From: Octopus vulgaris
Taxonomy: Eukaryota
Length of the DNA: 64,000 nt
Assembly (NCBI GenBank): GCA_951406725.2
Contig: OX597817.1
Coordinates: 174,964,001 to 175,028,000 of the forward strand
Reading direction: 5' to 3'
Translations under genes and position numbers: made by a program
In this document: positions 1-12,928 of the stretch, in pieces
How the letters are laid out: every line of letters begins with the position of its first letter
How positions within the stretch are numbered: the stretch's first letter is position 1
Notes under the pieces: model-generated
The model's database searches: none
What the model was told of the DNA's origin: nothing
Seen by the model: only the letters and a program-made list of their open reading frames with translations

Positions 1-24
1 GATTCTGCCTGCTTAGTGCCTTAA

Positions 25-27
<3 letters not shown>

Positions 28-64
<37 letters not shown>

Positions 65-88
65 AAGAAGAAGAAGAAGAAGAAGAAG
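28..88. repeat. (TAA)n + (GAA)n microsatellite at the 5' junction of the R4/Dong fragment
   Basis: Direct reading of the sequence. Confidence 0.95.
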
Positions 89-872
89 CAAACCCATCAG
101 TGGCTACGGAGCTCAGGGCTAAAAGCAGAGAGCGAAGGTTTCATCCTGGCTGCTCAAGATCAAAGCCTATTAACCCGGAACTATCAGGCCAATGTGAATG
201 AAAATGGAGCAGACCCAAAATGCCGATTCTGCAATGACATGATTGAAACAGTGGACCACCTAATCTCTGGATGTAAAGTCTTAGCACCAGTGGAGTATAA
301 ATTAAGACATGACAGAGTTGGCCAATATCTACACTGGCTAATAAGTCGGCATTACAATATCAAAACTGCTGACAAGTGGTATAATCAGCCAATAAACCAG
401 ATATTGTTGTGAAAGACAAAAACAATAAAGTTTGCTTATTGATCGACATGAGCATTCCCTGTGATCATAATATCTCAGCGAAAGAGTTTGACAAGCTCAG
501 AAAATATAAAGACCTACTCATTGATATTGAGAAAATGTGGCATCTCAAGGCGGTTACAATACCAGTGATCGTAGGAGCACTAGGAATGATCAAGAAGGGA
601 ACTGAAAATTATATGAGAATGATCCCTGACCATCCCTGCAAGAAGTGCAAAAGATTGTCTTAACTGGTACATCACACAGTATTGAGAAGAGCATTTCGAT
701 GTGAGAACTATTACTACCCATGTATTTTAATTCAACTTAAAAAAAAAATGAACGAACTATTGAGTTTAGTTTAATGGCCTACCAATGTATACTATGAGTT
801 TCTTTGCCCTAGGAGTTGGGAAGACACTCGGCAAGAAACGGAAGCAAATTTGAAAGAAGAAAAAAAAAAAAT
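89..872 (+). mobile_element. 5'-truncated R4/Dong-clade non-LTR retrotransposon fragment (CCHC zinc knuckle + restriction-like endonuclease), with deletion and frameshifts
   Basis: From 95 it reads HQWLRSSGLKAESEGFILAAQDQSLLTRNY...CRFCNDMIETVDHLISGC...RHDRVGQYLHW, then ANKPDIVVKDK...LIDMSIPCD...KYKDL...PVIVGALG. These motifs are typical of R4-clade C-termini. It ends in poly(A) followed by (TAA)n at 873-893. Confidence 0.88.
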
Positions 873-893
873 TAATAATAATAATAATAATAA

Positions 894-1072
894 TCCTTTC
901 TACTATAGGCACAAGGCCTGGAAATTGACTGGTACTTAATATGTTGACCTCAAAAGGATGAAACGCAAAGTCGACCTCGGTGGAATTTGAACTCAGAACA
1001 TTTCGTCAGACAGATGAAATACCTCTAAACATTTCACCTGGTGTGCTAACGACTCTGCTAGCTCACCGCCTT
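894..1072 (-). mobile_element. tRNA-derived SINE family B (head GGCGGTGAGCTRGCAGA, B-box GTTCAAATTCC, central GACTTTGCCTTTCATCCTTT...AAGTACCAG domain)
   Basis: Matches the many other family B copies in the window; the central domain resembles the Meta/Sauria-SINE-type domain (from memory). Confidence 0.8.
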
Positions 1073-1311
1073 GAGCATGGCCATTACCAGTATTACCTGA
1101 CTGGCCCACATGCCGGTGGCATGTAAAAGCACCCACTACACTCTTGGAGTGTTTGGCGTTAGGAAGGGCATCTAGCTGTAGAAACCTTGCCAAATCAAGA
1201 TTGGAGCCTGGTGCAGCCATCTGGTTTGCCAGTCCTTAGTCAAATCGTCCAACCCATGCTAGCATGGAAAGCGGACGTTAAACAATGATGATGATGATGA
1301 TGATGATGATG
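1073..1311 (+). mobile_element. RTE LINE 3' end (3' UTR with GTGCCGGTGGCAC unit, AGGAAGGGCATC motif, (GAT)n tail)
   Basis: Near-identical to the copies at 28.1, 31.4, 42.2, 50.9 and 51.8 kb. Confidence 0.85.
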
Positions 1312-1519
1312 ATACATACACAAATACATATATGGTTATAGAAACAAAAAAGTTTCAAAAGTTTTCTTTAAGCTTACAGGCAAATAAGGTTGGGCCTTGT
1401 CTGAATTTTCAAGGCATTTAAATAACTGAACAGACAAGGCTTGTCACAGGATCCTAGTCTGTCACAGCAGAAGTCAATAGCAGATCACTGCAGTAAGTTT
1501 TCACTGAAAGATTGTGTAC

Positions 1520-1573
1520 CTTCAGATTTTGACATGGAATTCTGTGGATCACCAATACTTTTAGGCATGGCGC
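1520..1573 (-). other. Candidate 54-bp minus-strand exon (frame AMPKSIGDPQNSMSKSE)
   Basis: Strong acceptor ccttccatttatctctgcttcttcAG, possible donor AG|GTacac, length divisible by 3; no homology recognised. Confidence 0.3.
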
Positions 1574-2726
1574 CTGAAGAAGCAGAGATAAATGGAAGGT
1601 GAATTTGCTAAAGCAGGCTATAAATTATGGTTAGATTGGTACTAATTTTCAGTTGAGAAGACTGGATTAATGTGACATGAATTGCCTTATTCAAGGCCAC
1701 AGCAAACCACCTGCCTGAAAATTGACTTTATGACCTAATAATTGCAGGCTCACTAACCCATCCATATACCTTCACTTTCCCAGTAATGAGCTAGTTTATG
1801 TATTTTAACTTGGCATGGTTAGTTCCAGTAACTGAATACGTATTTGTCTAAAATTCATCCTAACAAGCTGTATGTTCCATTGATTTCACCTAATATTAAG
1901 CCTGCCAGCAAAACTTTGATTGAATAAATTTTTCACAGTTTAGCTACTTCTAGTTGGCAACTTCTGATCAACAGCTGTGCAACATGCGTTTGTTTCATGA
2001 TGTGTATCCGTATTGATTTTTCTCAATATAGGCATTAATTTTATAGGGGGTGTATGCTTATTGACAATTTAATTGATCCCAGTACTCTTCTCCTAATTTT
2101 TTTATATTGACATCAGTCATTGGATTGTGGCCATGTTAGAGCAACACTTCCAAAAGTAGATGGTGGGTCAGTCATATTGATCTCCATGCTTACTTCATTC
2201 CGGGGCTTATTTTATTAGTATCACTATTAGTTCAATGACTAAAGTACAAAGCCTAAAGGAACACAGCACAAACAGCAGTGGTTTTTAGACTGGTGTAAAT
2301 ATAAACAAAGATTCAGACAGAACCACACGTACACCACCCCCCCACATCTTTATAAGGAAAACAATGTTGACAGTGTTTACAAAGTTTTACCATTGACTGA
2401 ATTTGTCAGACAGCATATCATCATCATCATCATCATTATCATCGTTTAACGTCTGCTTTCTATGCTGGCATGGGTTGAATAGCTTGACCTTTCTCTAAGC
2501 AGTGGATATACTTGTACGATTAATGAGTATTTCATATGTTTGCAGGGTTCAGAGCATGAAGAAGGCAATGAGGAGCAGCTGTAGATTTTGTCTGAAACTA
2601 GAATCCCCTATAATTGCACCCAGCCTTTTCTTTCAATGTCTCTTCTGGTCTTAATTACAGGCTGTGTATAATAATTAGAGTGCAATGGCTTACTATCTCA
2701 CATTCATCTCATACATCACACCCCAA

Positions 2727-2763
<37 letters not shown>

Positions 2764-3410
2764 ACATACATGAAAGTAAAAAGGATAATTGTTATCAACT
2801 CTCATGAAACAACAAAATTATAACATTTTTTACTACATTTCCTCAAATGAAAATTCCCTTTTGTTGAAATGCATTAGTCATAGCCCTTTGAAGAACTGGT
2901 ATCTGAAGAGAATTACATTTTAGTGATAAAAAGCATTATATGTTAGTTATAAAAGGGAATATCAAAACTCAGTACAAATTGACTGATTCAGTTTCATTAA
3001 AAGTTAATATCTTGTGATTCTAAATACAAAATTAAGACAAAGAAAGCAAAACAAGAGGATAAAGTTGACTTGAAGTAACACTAAAAGATGAAGCTTTAGA
3101 CGAGCCAAAGTGAACGAAAGCAAAGATGGTGACTTGTTCCATAACTTTGGTCGACTGGTTGGGGAATATTTATAAAAGCCTGGTCCACATTTAAATAATA
3201 GTGGCATGACTGTGTAGTTGAGAAGCTTACTTCCCAATTGCATACATTTGGGTTCAGTCTCACTGCATGGTACTGCAACAGGATGAAAGGTTTGTAACCC
3301 TGGATGGGGGCAGCTTTCATCCTTTACATTAAAATATTAATCGAAGGAAAAAGACTTCCGATCAACTTCAACAGCATAAATATTTTATTTCTGGATTCGC
3401 AATATATATA

Positions 3411-3812
3411 GGCATAGGAGTGGCTGTGTGGTAAGTAGCTTGCTTACGAACCACATGGTTCCGGGTTCAGTCCCACTGCATGGCACCTTGGGTAAGTGTC
3501 TTCTACTATAGCCTTGGGCCGACCAAAGCCTTGTGAGTGGATTTGGTAGACGGAAACTGAAAGAAGCCCATCGTATATATGTATATATATGCGTGTGTGT
3601 GTTTGCATGTCTGTGTTTGTCCCCCCAACATCACTTGACAACCGATGCTGGTGTGTTTACGTCCCTGTAACTTAGTGGTTCGGCAAAAAAGAGACTGATA
3701 AAATAAGTACTAGGCTTACAAAGAATAAGTCCTGGGGTCGATTTGATCGACTAAAGGCGGTGCTCCAGCATGGCCACAGTCACACGACTGAAACAAGTAA
3801 AAAGAGAGAAAA
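3411..3812 (+). mobile_element. Full-length tRNA-derived SINE family A (CORE-like ACCTTGGGCAAGTG segment, internal TA/TG microsatellite, AAAAGAG tail)
   Basis: A-box-like TGGCTGTGTGG, B-box-like GGTTCAGTCCC; more than 10 homologous copies in the window. Confidence 0.88.
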
Positions 3813-4192
3813 ATAGATACACATTCTTCTTCAGGACGAATCGGCAGCCTAGGAGCTCATCGTAGTAGTCAAGTGGAGTGAGCCAAATCCTGTCCGTTCA
3901 AGCATAGCATAGCAATGCCACGAGGTGGCAGCTTGAGAGAGCTGCTACAACATGACCGTCCTGTTCGGCTGTTAGCGTTCGAGAGGCTGATACGAGGGAA
4001 ATTTTACTTCTGCGAGTTTTCTGTGCATGCACATAAGGGAACTTCCAGCAGGCCTCCCGGAAGAATCCAGCTCTGTGCATGCGTGCAGGAGATTTCCAAG
4101 ATGGCATCACTACAATACCTTGAACAAATGTCTTCTACTGTAGTTCCAGGTCAACAAGTTGAATTGCTTCATAGAAACTGAAAGAAAATTGG

Positions 4193-4230
<38 letters not shown>

Positions 4231-4239
4231 TGTTTGCAA

Positions 4240-4680
4240 ATGTGGTCAGTTGCATAGTGCAGTGGGCAATGTTATCAGTTTTTCCTGTAAACAACTCATC
4301 CTATCACTTCATGCCTTCCTTCCAAGCCACATAGAATAAGAGTTCCTATACTTGAGAAACAGGTGAGGATTTAGCATCTGGAAAGGTAAGGCATCCAGCT
4401 GGATAACAATGCCTCAGATAACATATCAAACTCACTTGTACAAACATGGAATATCTTCATCCTCATCCTCATCATCATCATTGATTTTCTATTTCTGGAT
4501 GCCCTTCACTTCACCTGTTTCCAAGCAAGGTCATATTTCCTCATAGCTAGATATGTTATTGCAGAATATTGGAAATGAATGACACTGCTTGTATAACAGT
4601 AAAATTTGTTTACAACTATCATGAACTGTTAAGACAAGGAACCATTAATGCATGCAAAGACAAGGAGACACTAATGCTTA
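4240..4680. mobile_element. Two degenerate, opposed copies of SINE-like family E (ACAGGTGAGG...GGCATC, RTE-type tail)
   Basis: Similar to the better-preserved copy at 45385-45630. Confidence 0.5.
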
Positions 4681-4704
4681 CATACATACAAACACACACA
4701 CACA

Positions 4705-4749
<45 letters not shown>

Positions 4750-5120
4750 ACACACACACACATACACACACATACACACACACACCTACATATTTTTTTC
4801 TATTTCTGTGTGCCAAATCCACTAACAAGGCTTTACTTGACCCAGGGCTGTAACAGAAGATGGTCCTAGTTGCCGTGCTGTGACACTGAACCCCAAACCA
4901 TGTAATTGGGAGGTAAACTTCTTAACCACACTTTTCACACCTATACCTGGATGTAAAACAAACAAACAAAGAAATACACTGGATTAATTTTCCAATCACT
5001 GTCGGAAGGCAACTTCTGTAGAACAAGGTAAACTTCAAAAAGTAAGCTAGCAAAATGCTCGTCAATTTTGAAATGAAACCACTATTTACAGTGGTAATCT
5101 ATACCACGCTGTGGAGTATG

Positions 5121-5632
5121 CCGTAAATCCTCGAGTATAGTCCGCTCTTGAGTATAATACGCAGGGGATATTTAGGGGGCTGTACCTCTGAAAAACCTAA
5201 ACCTTGTGTATAATATGCACCCCTTCTCTAACTTGAGTCAAGGAGGTCTATATTACATCCTTGGTTTGTAAAAATGTATACAGTAATGCCCTTTATTATT
5301 ATTGTATATATAACATAATGCAAACGTGTAGCTTTTTTGTGTATTTTGTTTGCAGAAAATAAAGAAATAACAATAATAACATTTAATAAATGTTGCTTAC
5401 TGCAAGTTATGGATGATTCTTTTATGACTTCGTTGTTTTCAGGCTTAGCTTAAGGTATTTTCATGCCCAACATCACAAAATGCGTCTGAATAAAAATTGC
5501 CGGACAGCAAATAGAGACTCGGACATTGCTTAGGAAATATTTTTCATTTTTAACCTCGTATATAGTATGCACTAGGGATTTTGATCTTTAAATTTTGGGA
5601 AAAAAATGCAGATTATACTCGAGGATTTATGG
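5121..5632. mobile_element. Non-autonomous Tc2/pogo-type DNA transposon (MITE)
   Basis: TIRs CCGTAAATCCTCGAGTATA (5121) and TATACTCGAGGATTTATGG (ends 5632), 18/19 match; TA on the right, TG (mutated TA) on the left. Confidence 0.85.
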
Positions 5633-5831
5633 TAATTGAAATGAACAGTTATTGAGAATTTGGTGTCTTGGTCACAAGCACAATACAATGATGAAGACAG
5701 GGTGTGAATTATGAAAATAAGGAACTTTTGTATAGTACCTTATCAATTTGATCGAACAAGCATCTGAGTGGGAAGGGTCACTTGATGTGCAAGAAAAAGC
5801 AGCCAAACACTGCTTGAGTTACAATCTAGAT

Positions 5832-5977
5832 CAGTCATGGGTAAACTGTGATCTGTGGGATTTTCTGACGATTGTGCCTAACAAAAAATTACCTTGAATT
5901 GTTTTTGTAGTATGAGCTGCTGATGATAAACCATGTCCCTTGTGAACCACTTCTTGAAAAAAGGTTATTCATGCCTG
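5832..5977. mobile_element. hAT/Charlie-type MITE
   Basis: Degenerate TIRs CAGTCATGGGTAAAC and GGTTATTCATGCCTG; 8-bp flanks ATCTAGAT and CTCTAGGT fit the NTCTAGAN Charlie target consensus. Confidence 0.65.
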
Positions 5978-6949
5978 CTCTAGGTGCACTATGTTTGAAA
6001 AAATGGCAGCTTGGTCATTATTGAAATACCTTTCAGCATAGACTCAGTTACAACTTCAAGAACAGCAACAACAACAATAACTGATATGTATTTCATTATG
6101 AGATGGTAATCAAAATCAGTTCTCTTTCTTATATCAAATCAGCAAATGGCTAACCTATGACAACAAGTCCTTTGTATATTTGCTAAAGTCACTAACAACC
6201 CTGTATGGTACTTTTTTTTTAAAACTCTGGTTCAAACATCATGCTTTGAAGTTAAAGAAGGATTGAAAATCATGTCTGGCAATAGATACTGCAGTTATAT
6301 GTAACATGAGAAACTATTCCAACAAAAAATAAATAGAACCAAAAATAAATCTATACACTTTGCATGGCATTTATTGCTCTACAAGTTATCTAACAAAAAC
6401 TTAAAATAATTAGATATACACATATTATGTTTAACCTTTTCAAAACCTCAACTTTAGGTAATAAATTTTCATATGGTAAGAGAGAGATAAAGCATGAAAT
6501 GTAATTAAATTTAAAAAAAGGGGGAAAATATTTAGAGTTGATATTTCCAAGTAATGTTTCAATAGATAAAATGTTAGGTGCCATTAGCTGCTCTTGAAGG
6601 TGTTAAGGCCATGTTGTTTTGATATCAACTGGGTATCATTAAATCAATACAGATGTTCCTGTTAATATTTCCACCACTCTCTTTTTCTCCTCCCCCCCCT
6701 TCTCCTGCACCTTCATACACACAATAGTTAATCTTCATGCCTTAATCTGTATGTTTTTAAAAAAGAAGTATGTTTAAACTTAACTATCTTTTAACTAATA
6801 AAAATTCCATATAATTCTATAACAAAGAATTTATTGGAGTCATAAATAACAAAAGGTCAGGTATTTGGGACCAAATTTTAATATTTTATGTTTGTATTAA
6901 AATAGACTTTCATTCTTCTGGGAGTAAAATATATCAGTTATATGGCTTC

Positions 6950-7700
6950 TTCCAGCTTAATACCTTCTTCCAGCAAATAAATGCACTTGAGTAAGTTAAT
7001 GGAATATTTGCTCATTATACAATGTCCTATCAATCTAAAGTGGATAACATTGAAAACTTACTTCCTCATTGTGTCATTATAAAACTGTGTGAACAGAGTC
7101 AGTGAGAAATTAAATATTTTGGCTCATACTCTGGACATCTTAATATTTTGACCATCTGCATCTCTCAACCATTCATATTTGACAGTTGCATCAATGTGTT
7201 GAATTGCCAACCACTAGCTTCTGTCGTAAGACCAGAAGATACTGATCTTTATGTCAATGCATCAATGAGGAGGCCTCCTTATTGTAGCATATGAAACAAA
7301 GCCCTCAAAAATCTAGAGACTTTTTTATGTGCTTGTTTAGGAAACAACATTGCATCTACAGAAATGAATGTAGAAATTTGTACCACAAAATCATGGGTTA
7401 ATCTTGATGGTTTCAATTTCATTTGGAAGTTAGCATCACCAGATGATGATCTTAAATGAAGCATCTGATCAAACAAAGACTGTTTGGTAGCCTTCTTGCC
7501 AAATGTCATTAAAGAGACATATATATTTTGTATGACAACTGCTGAGGTGTTCTGCAAGAACTCGTTGGTAATACACTGCTATGAACACCTGACAATTGAT
7601 ATGCATGGATTGGCTATCCAGTAAAAACCACCAGTGATACAGAATGATGCTTTGATGACCTCCTGAACATTATGCTGGATCACAGGAACAGTTAGCTGTA
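6950..7700 (-). pseudogene. Highly decayed non-LTR reverse transcriptase remnant
   Basis: Minus-strand IKMSRV*AKIFNFSLTLFTQFYNDTMRK resembles the RT motif GVRQGCxLSPxLFNxYxxxxM; multiple stops. Confidence 0.4.
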
Positions 7701-8225
7701 AGAGAAGATGTAAAATATACTTCTTTCAAATGCTCAGAAGGGATTCCTAGAAACAGTTGACAGTTTCTGTGACTTATGTAACCTAATTAGTAGTGAAGGT
7801 GGGTGTTCGGAAACTATAGTTGCCAGAGTAAGAATGAGATGGAAAAGTTCAGGGTGCTATGATCATTACCAGCAACAAATATTTTCTCTTACAGAGTGAA
7901 GGGCAGATTGTAGGTTGTTTATGATGAGCATCCAACTGAAGAAATCATGCCAAAAATGGAACACAGAAGTGTAGTCCTTGACCTCTGCAGGAATAACTGA
8001 CTCAAAGCAGCCCGTACCAGCAATCAAAAGCAGATGGAAGTGATGATGTCATCATTGTCATTGCTGTCATAGTTACCATCATCATTGTCATCATCACCAT
8101 CATCAATATCATCATCATAATGTAACAGTTGAGGTATAGAGACTAAAGGCTGAGTGGAGATATTTTATTTGCTTTTACAATTGCTGATATGGGATGATGT
8201 TCATCACCACTTTAGCTTATAAAGG

Positions 8226-8612
8226 TGGAGGCGCAATGGCCCAGTGGTTAGGGCAGCGGACTCGCGGTCGTAGGATCGCGGTTTCGATTCCCAGACCGGG
8301 CGTTGTGAGTGTTTATTGAGCGAAAACACCTAAAGCTCCACGAGGCTCCGGCAGGGGATGGTGGTGATCCCTGCTGTACTCTATCACCACAACTTTCTCT
8401 CACTCTTACTTCCTGTTTCTGTTGTACCTGTATTTCAAATGGCTGGCCTTGTCACTCTCTGTGTCATGCTGAATATCCCCGAGAACTACGTTAAGGGTAC
8501 ACGTGTCTGTGGAGTGCTCAGCCACTTGCACGTTAATTTAACGAGCAGGCTGTTCCGTTGATCGGATCAACCGGAACCCTCGTCGTCGTAACCGACGGAG
8601 TGCTTCCATTCC
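8226..8612 (+). mobile_element. Young full-length tRNA-derived SINE family C with 12-bp TSD
   Basis: A-box TGGCCCAGTGG, B-box GTTTCGATTCC, CpG-rich; TSD AGCTTATAAAGG (8214-8225) and AGCTCATAAAGG (8613-8624). Confidence 0.9.
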
Positions 8613-8813
8613 AGCTCATAAAGGCACCACACAATCAAGAGACATCTCACCAGAGAATAAGAATGCCATCCAAGTTCAAGTTTTACTCTTGAAAATGTTC
8701 TACCCAAAACTTAACAAAGCAAAATAATTAAAAGTACATACAAATGTTAAGATCCACAGGACATCACTATATATGGGGGATTAGCTAAGATTTCACTAAA
8801 ATGATATGTATTA

Positions 8814-8857
<44 letters not shown>

Positions 8858-9126
8858 CTAACTTTCAACAGACAGCTAGCCTATCATTTGTAAAACTTTC
8901 AGAAATTTCAGAGGAGTCTGTTCATGAGGTATGTAGAATAAAGGGTTTTTATTTGAATGTAAAAGTAAATATCTGCTGTCCAGAAGGAACATTAACTATG
9001 AGTGATAAAGAGATATGATACTAGATAAGAAGAACCGTAACATACTAATGGCATTGGTATTGATATTTTTAAACCTTAATGGGCATTATAGATGGACATT
9101 ATTCATCATCATGACTAGATAGACAT

Positions 9127-10117
9127 TGTATATATGTACGTATGTATGTATGTATGTATGTATGTATGTATGTATGTATGTATGTATGTATGTATGTATG
9201 TGTGTGTATGTATGTATGCATGTATGTATGTATTATGTATGCATGTATGTATATATTATGTATGTATGTGTGTGTATGAATGTATGTATTATGTATGTAT
9301 GTGTGTATGTATGTGTATATGTATGTGTGTATGTATGTGTGTATGTATGTATGTACTATATATACGTATGTATGTATGTATGTATGTATGTGCATGTATG
9401 TGTGTGTATGAATGTATGTGTGTATGTATGTATGTATGTGTGTATGCATGTATATGTCTGTGTATGTATGCATGTATGTATGAATGTTTGCATCTGTATA
9501 AGTATGTATTTCCATATTTATGTGTGTGTATATTTGCATGTATGCATGAATGTATGTGTGTATGTGTATACGTGTGCATAAATGTATAGGTGCATACATA
9601 TATGTGTGTGTATATGCATATACATGTGTATGAATATATAGGCATATGTGAATATGTATGTGAGTATATACATGTGTGTATTATATGCGTATATGTGCAT
9701 GTTTAAGGGAATGTATGAACACATAAAAACAATTTTGTATATAAGTATATCCTTTTCCGCATATAAGTATTTGTATATGTGTTTAAGTATTTTCAGGTGT
9801 GTATATAGTAGATACATAAATTATGAGGAGAAATAAATAGTTTACTCTCTGACATACACACATATATATACACACACTCACACAGACACACACATGCCCA
9901 CTAACTCATATACATATTATATTTATATGTATATAGATATATATATGTATGCATGCATGTATGTATGTATACATATGTGTGTGTATGTATGCAGATGAGT
10001 ATATATATATATATATATATATACGTGTGTGTGTGTGCTTGTGATTGTATGTGTGTGTATCTGTCTAACAATCCATCTATTAATATATTTATATGTACAT
10101 ATGTCTGTCTCTATATA

Positions 10118-10201
<84 letters not shown>
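9127..10201. repeat. Large compound (TATG)n/(TG)n/(TA)n/(CA)n microsatellite block
   Basis: Direct reading; source of the many MYVC/HTY ORFs. Confidence 0.95.
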
Positions 10202-10203
<2 letters not shown>

Positions 10204-10556
10204 CTGTGGTGGGAAAACTGATAAAAACTGTATGATGTTAGTAACTCTGATATCATTTTTATTTCCATATATCTTTTGTTCTGATCAGTTTTTGGCAACA
10301 TGGTTCAGTTATGGCCTTCTTCACAATTCCTCTAGCTTTGTAAAGATAGCACATTCTTTTCAAAGTGTTTCACTCCAAAATAATTCTATACTATAATTAG
10401 ATGCAATGTCTATAATAGTTAAAATTTTTATACATGTTATTTATATATTATTAATCACAGCCTGTTAGTTTCTATAATTTATGGAGACATAAGAACAGGA
10501 ATCTCAGTTTTTTTTCCAACAGTCACCAAGTTACAATAACTATATTTATGGATAAG

Positions 10557-10830
10557 TGAGAGTGCATGGCTTAGTGGTTAGAGTGTTGTGCTAATGATTC
10601 TGAGATCAGGGTTTCAATCTCTGCGCCGAGTGTTAAGTTGTGTTATTGAGAGCAAAACACTTCATCTCACATTACGCTGCAATCATTTGATGCAGGCTAC
10701 ACTGTGCACCTGTTTAGTGCACCTATTTGATTTGATGTAGTGAGTGAGTAAGCTAATGTACAACAGGTACATTTGATCACTGTAGACAAATCATTTGCGC
10801 ATGGCGTTCAGCAAAACCAAACACTCATAT
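10557..10830 (+). mobile_element. Older tRNA-derived SINE (family C-like head, different body)
   Basis: TGGCTTAGTGGTTAG A-box, GGTTTCAATCT B-box, GAGCAAAACACTTCATCTCAC segment; homologous copy on the minus strand at about 21975-22201. Confidence 0.65.
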
Positions 10831-11199
10831 GTCATTTTTGTTGGTGATTCCATCATTTATGAATGAGACAGTTTTTTTTATTCTGCTATTCTTAAGCATG
10901 AATGACTCCCAGTCTGAGATTATGTACGTTCACCTTTTATGCTAGAAAATTTGCACCTTAATTTCCTTCACTTCACAGATATTGAACATATCAGGTAATG
11001 TAATTCTAGATAAACAATGTATGAAAAGACTTTCTCATAGAGCTGACCTGCATTTAGACATCTACACATACATACCCTGCTGACACACACTCACACACAT
11101 GCACAATACTAAAACCTTCAAACCTGTGACATACAAAACGTCACAATTTTTGGTGAGCTTTCACAAGGATGTTGCATGTATAACGTTGCTGAAACTCAC

Positions 11200-11364
11200 C
11201 CCAGAATATAGGTCTCCTATTCAGGGACAGGAAATACTTCAGCTATGATCAGTTCATGACTGTTTACAAAGATCAGGTGTGATTTACATTCAAGTACTTC
11301 TCATATATCTGGGGAGGCAGGGATGCTACTACTGTTACACATCTAAATGTTTCTAACTAGGGCC
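11200..11364 (-). other. Candidate non-coding exon (5' UTR or lncRNA)
   Basis: Acceptor tattttatatattttcAG and donor G|GTGAGT are both consensus; all three frames are closed. Confidence 0.35.
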
Positions 11365-11400
11365 CTGAAAATATATAAAATATCTGAATACTGAATACAC

Positions 11401-11480
11401 TTAACCCTTCAGCATTCAGAACACTTTGTCAAATGTATTGCTTATTGCATTGTTTTGAATTAATCACATATGATCTTGTA
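11401..11480 (+). mobile_element. Left end of piggyBac-like MITE (family P1)
   Basis: TTAACCCTTCAGCATTCAGA end; homologous to the copies at 25.6, 58.8 and 60.8 kb. Confidence 0.6.
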
Positions 11481-11483
11481 CAA

Positions 11484-11684
11484 TGAGGGGGTGCTGAAAA
11501 GTTCCCGGCTTAGAGTAAAAGAAAATACAGGAGGATCAGTGAATTAGGATTTTATCTAAAATATTCCCCTCAGATTCACATACTTCAGTTTTTCTATGCC
11601 CTTTAAAAGAAATTTGGAAGGCAGGGCCCCTAACCAGGCCTTTCATGCCACCCTTTAAGCCAGAAACTTTGCAGCAACCTCTCA
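11484..11684. mobile_element. Mariner-type MITE
   Basis: TIRs GAGGGGGTGCTGAAAAGTTCCCGGCT and AGCCAGAAACTTTGCAGCAACCTCTC; second copy at 46547-46762. Confidence 0.8.
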
Positions 11685-11712
11685 TATAATATATATGTAT
11701 ATTTATATATGC

Positions 11713-11751
<39 letters not shown>

Positions 11752-11769
11752 TTCATTTTCAAAATGTAA

Positions 11770-12439
11770 CCACATTCATATTGATGTACAGGTACCATTT
11801 TTCATTCCCATTAATGATTCGGTATCGTTGCTTGTGTCCATGAGTTGAGCAGTGATGAGCAAGCAAACCAGCGGAGATTGTGGTTCGTTGATTTTTGTTG
11901 TTGTCACTTAAAGCATGCAGAACCCATGCTCCATACTTCTAAACCTTTCCCATCGAGTGAAGATGCTTCTCTATAGCAGTGTGGGAGCATTCTATTTTCT
12001 CTACCAGTTCTTTTGTCATTTGACGAGAAGTTGGTTTAATCGCTCTTCATCGAACTCAACTGGACAGCCAGAACGAGGGGTGTCTTTGAGGTCAAAATTT
12101 CCATTTTTGAACTTGGCATACCAATCACGAGCGGTTTTTGCAGCTATGGCACCCTCTCCTTACACAGCACAAATGTTGTGAGCAGCTTTTGCGGCCTTAG
12201 AACCTTGATTAAAAGCAAAAAGGAGGTGTCGAAAATGCTTGTTTTTCTTAATTCGACATTCCATTTTAATGATCTGAAAATAAACAAAAATTAATTAAAA
12301 TTAACTAGAAAAAACAAAAACAAAATAGATTCCAAAGTGATTCAAAAATAGAATTCTCGAAAAAATAGATTCCAAAATTTAAGGATGCAATAAATACCAG
12401 AATATTAAAAAAACGGCAGGAACTTAGTTGCCAACCCAG
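11770..12439 (-). mobile_element. Truncated mariner transposon with decayed transposase N-terminal half
   Basis: ATG at 12264: MECRIKKNKHFRHLLFAFNQGSKAAKAAHNICAV*GEGA...WYAKFKNGNFDLKDTPRSGCP...HLHSMGK...WVLHAL...RIINGNEKW; terminal CTGGGTTGGCAACTAAGT next to TA. Confidence 0.9.
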
Positions 12440-12546
12440 TATATATATTTGTATATGTATGTATATATATGTGTGTGTGAATGAGTGTGTGAGTGTGTGT
12501 GTGTGTGTGTGTAACATATATGTGCATGTATGTATTTATACATACA

Positions 12547-12928
12547 TCTCTCTATATATAAAGCTGAAGTTGTCTGTGTATAGCAGGTTTGGTAGCCTTC
12601 AACTAACACTATCTCCTCCAAGATCCTGCGGTGCAAGTTGACCAGAATTGAGAGTATGATAGAAGAAGGCTTGCTCTTCCTTCCGTAGAACAAAAAATTC
12701 AAATCGAATCATGTTAACACCAAAAATTATTTACATCAAAGAGGTGCTTTTTTTCTATGAAAATCCCTATTTTTTACGATTTTTTTACTGCTGTGTCGCC
12801 ATTTTTCCGTGTATTTCAACCAGAAAAATGTTCACTTAAAGAGAATAACAAGCTACATAATGCAAAATTTTTACTTTTCAAAAATTCCAATTCTAAAGGG
12901 TTGAAACAAACCCGAGTGATACTGCTAG
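12547..12928 (+). mobile_element. Non-autonomous Helitron-like element
   Basis: A|TC(TC)TCTATATATAAAG 5' end and ...TGCTAG|T 3' end, no TSD; the subterminal hairpin is not intact. Confidence 0.6.

Noticed and set aside
2546-2584. Plus-strand terminal exon GSEHEEGNEEQL*
   Set aside because: Too short, with a mediocre acceptor and no other support
7062-7695. Minus-strand host exon(s) suggested by a GTAAGT donor at 7056-7061 and an acceptor at 7696
   Set aside because: Frames are interrupted by stops, and the segment is better explained as a decayed RT
8227-8300. tRNA gene
   Set aside because: A- and B-boxes are present, but the sequence continues into a repeat body bounded by a TSD; it is a SINE head
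9099-9836. Overlapping 100-166 aa ORFs (MYVC.../HTYI...)
   Set aside because: Translations of a (TATG)n microsatellite, open in several frames on both strands
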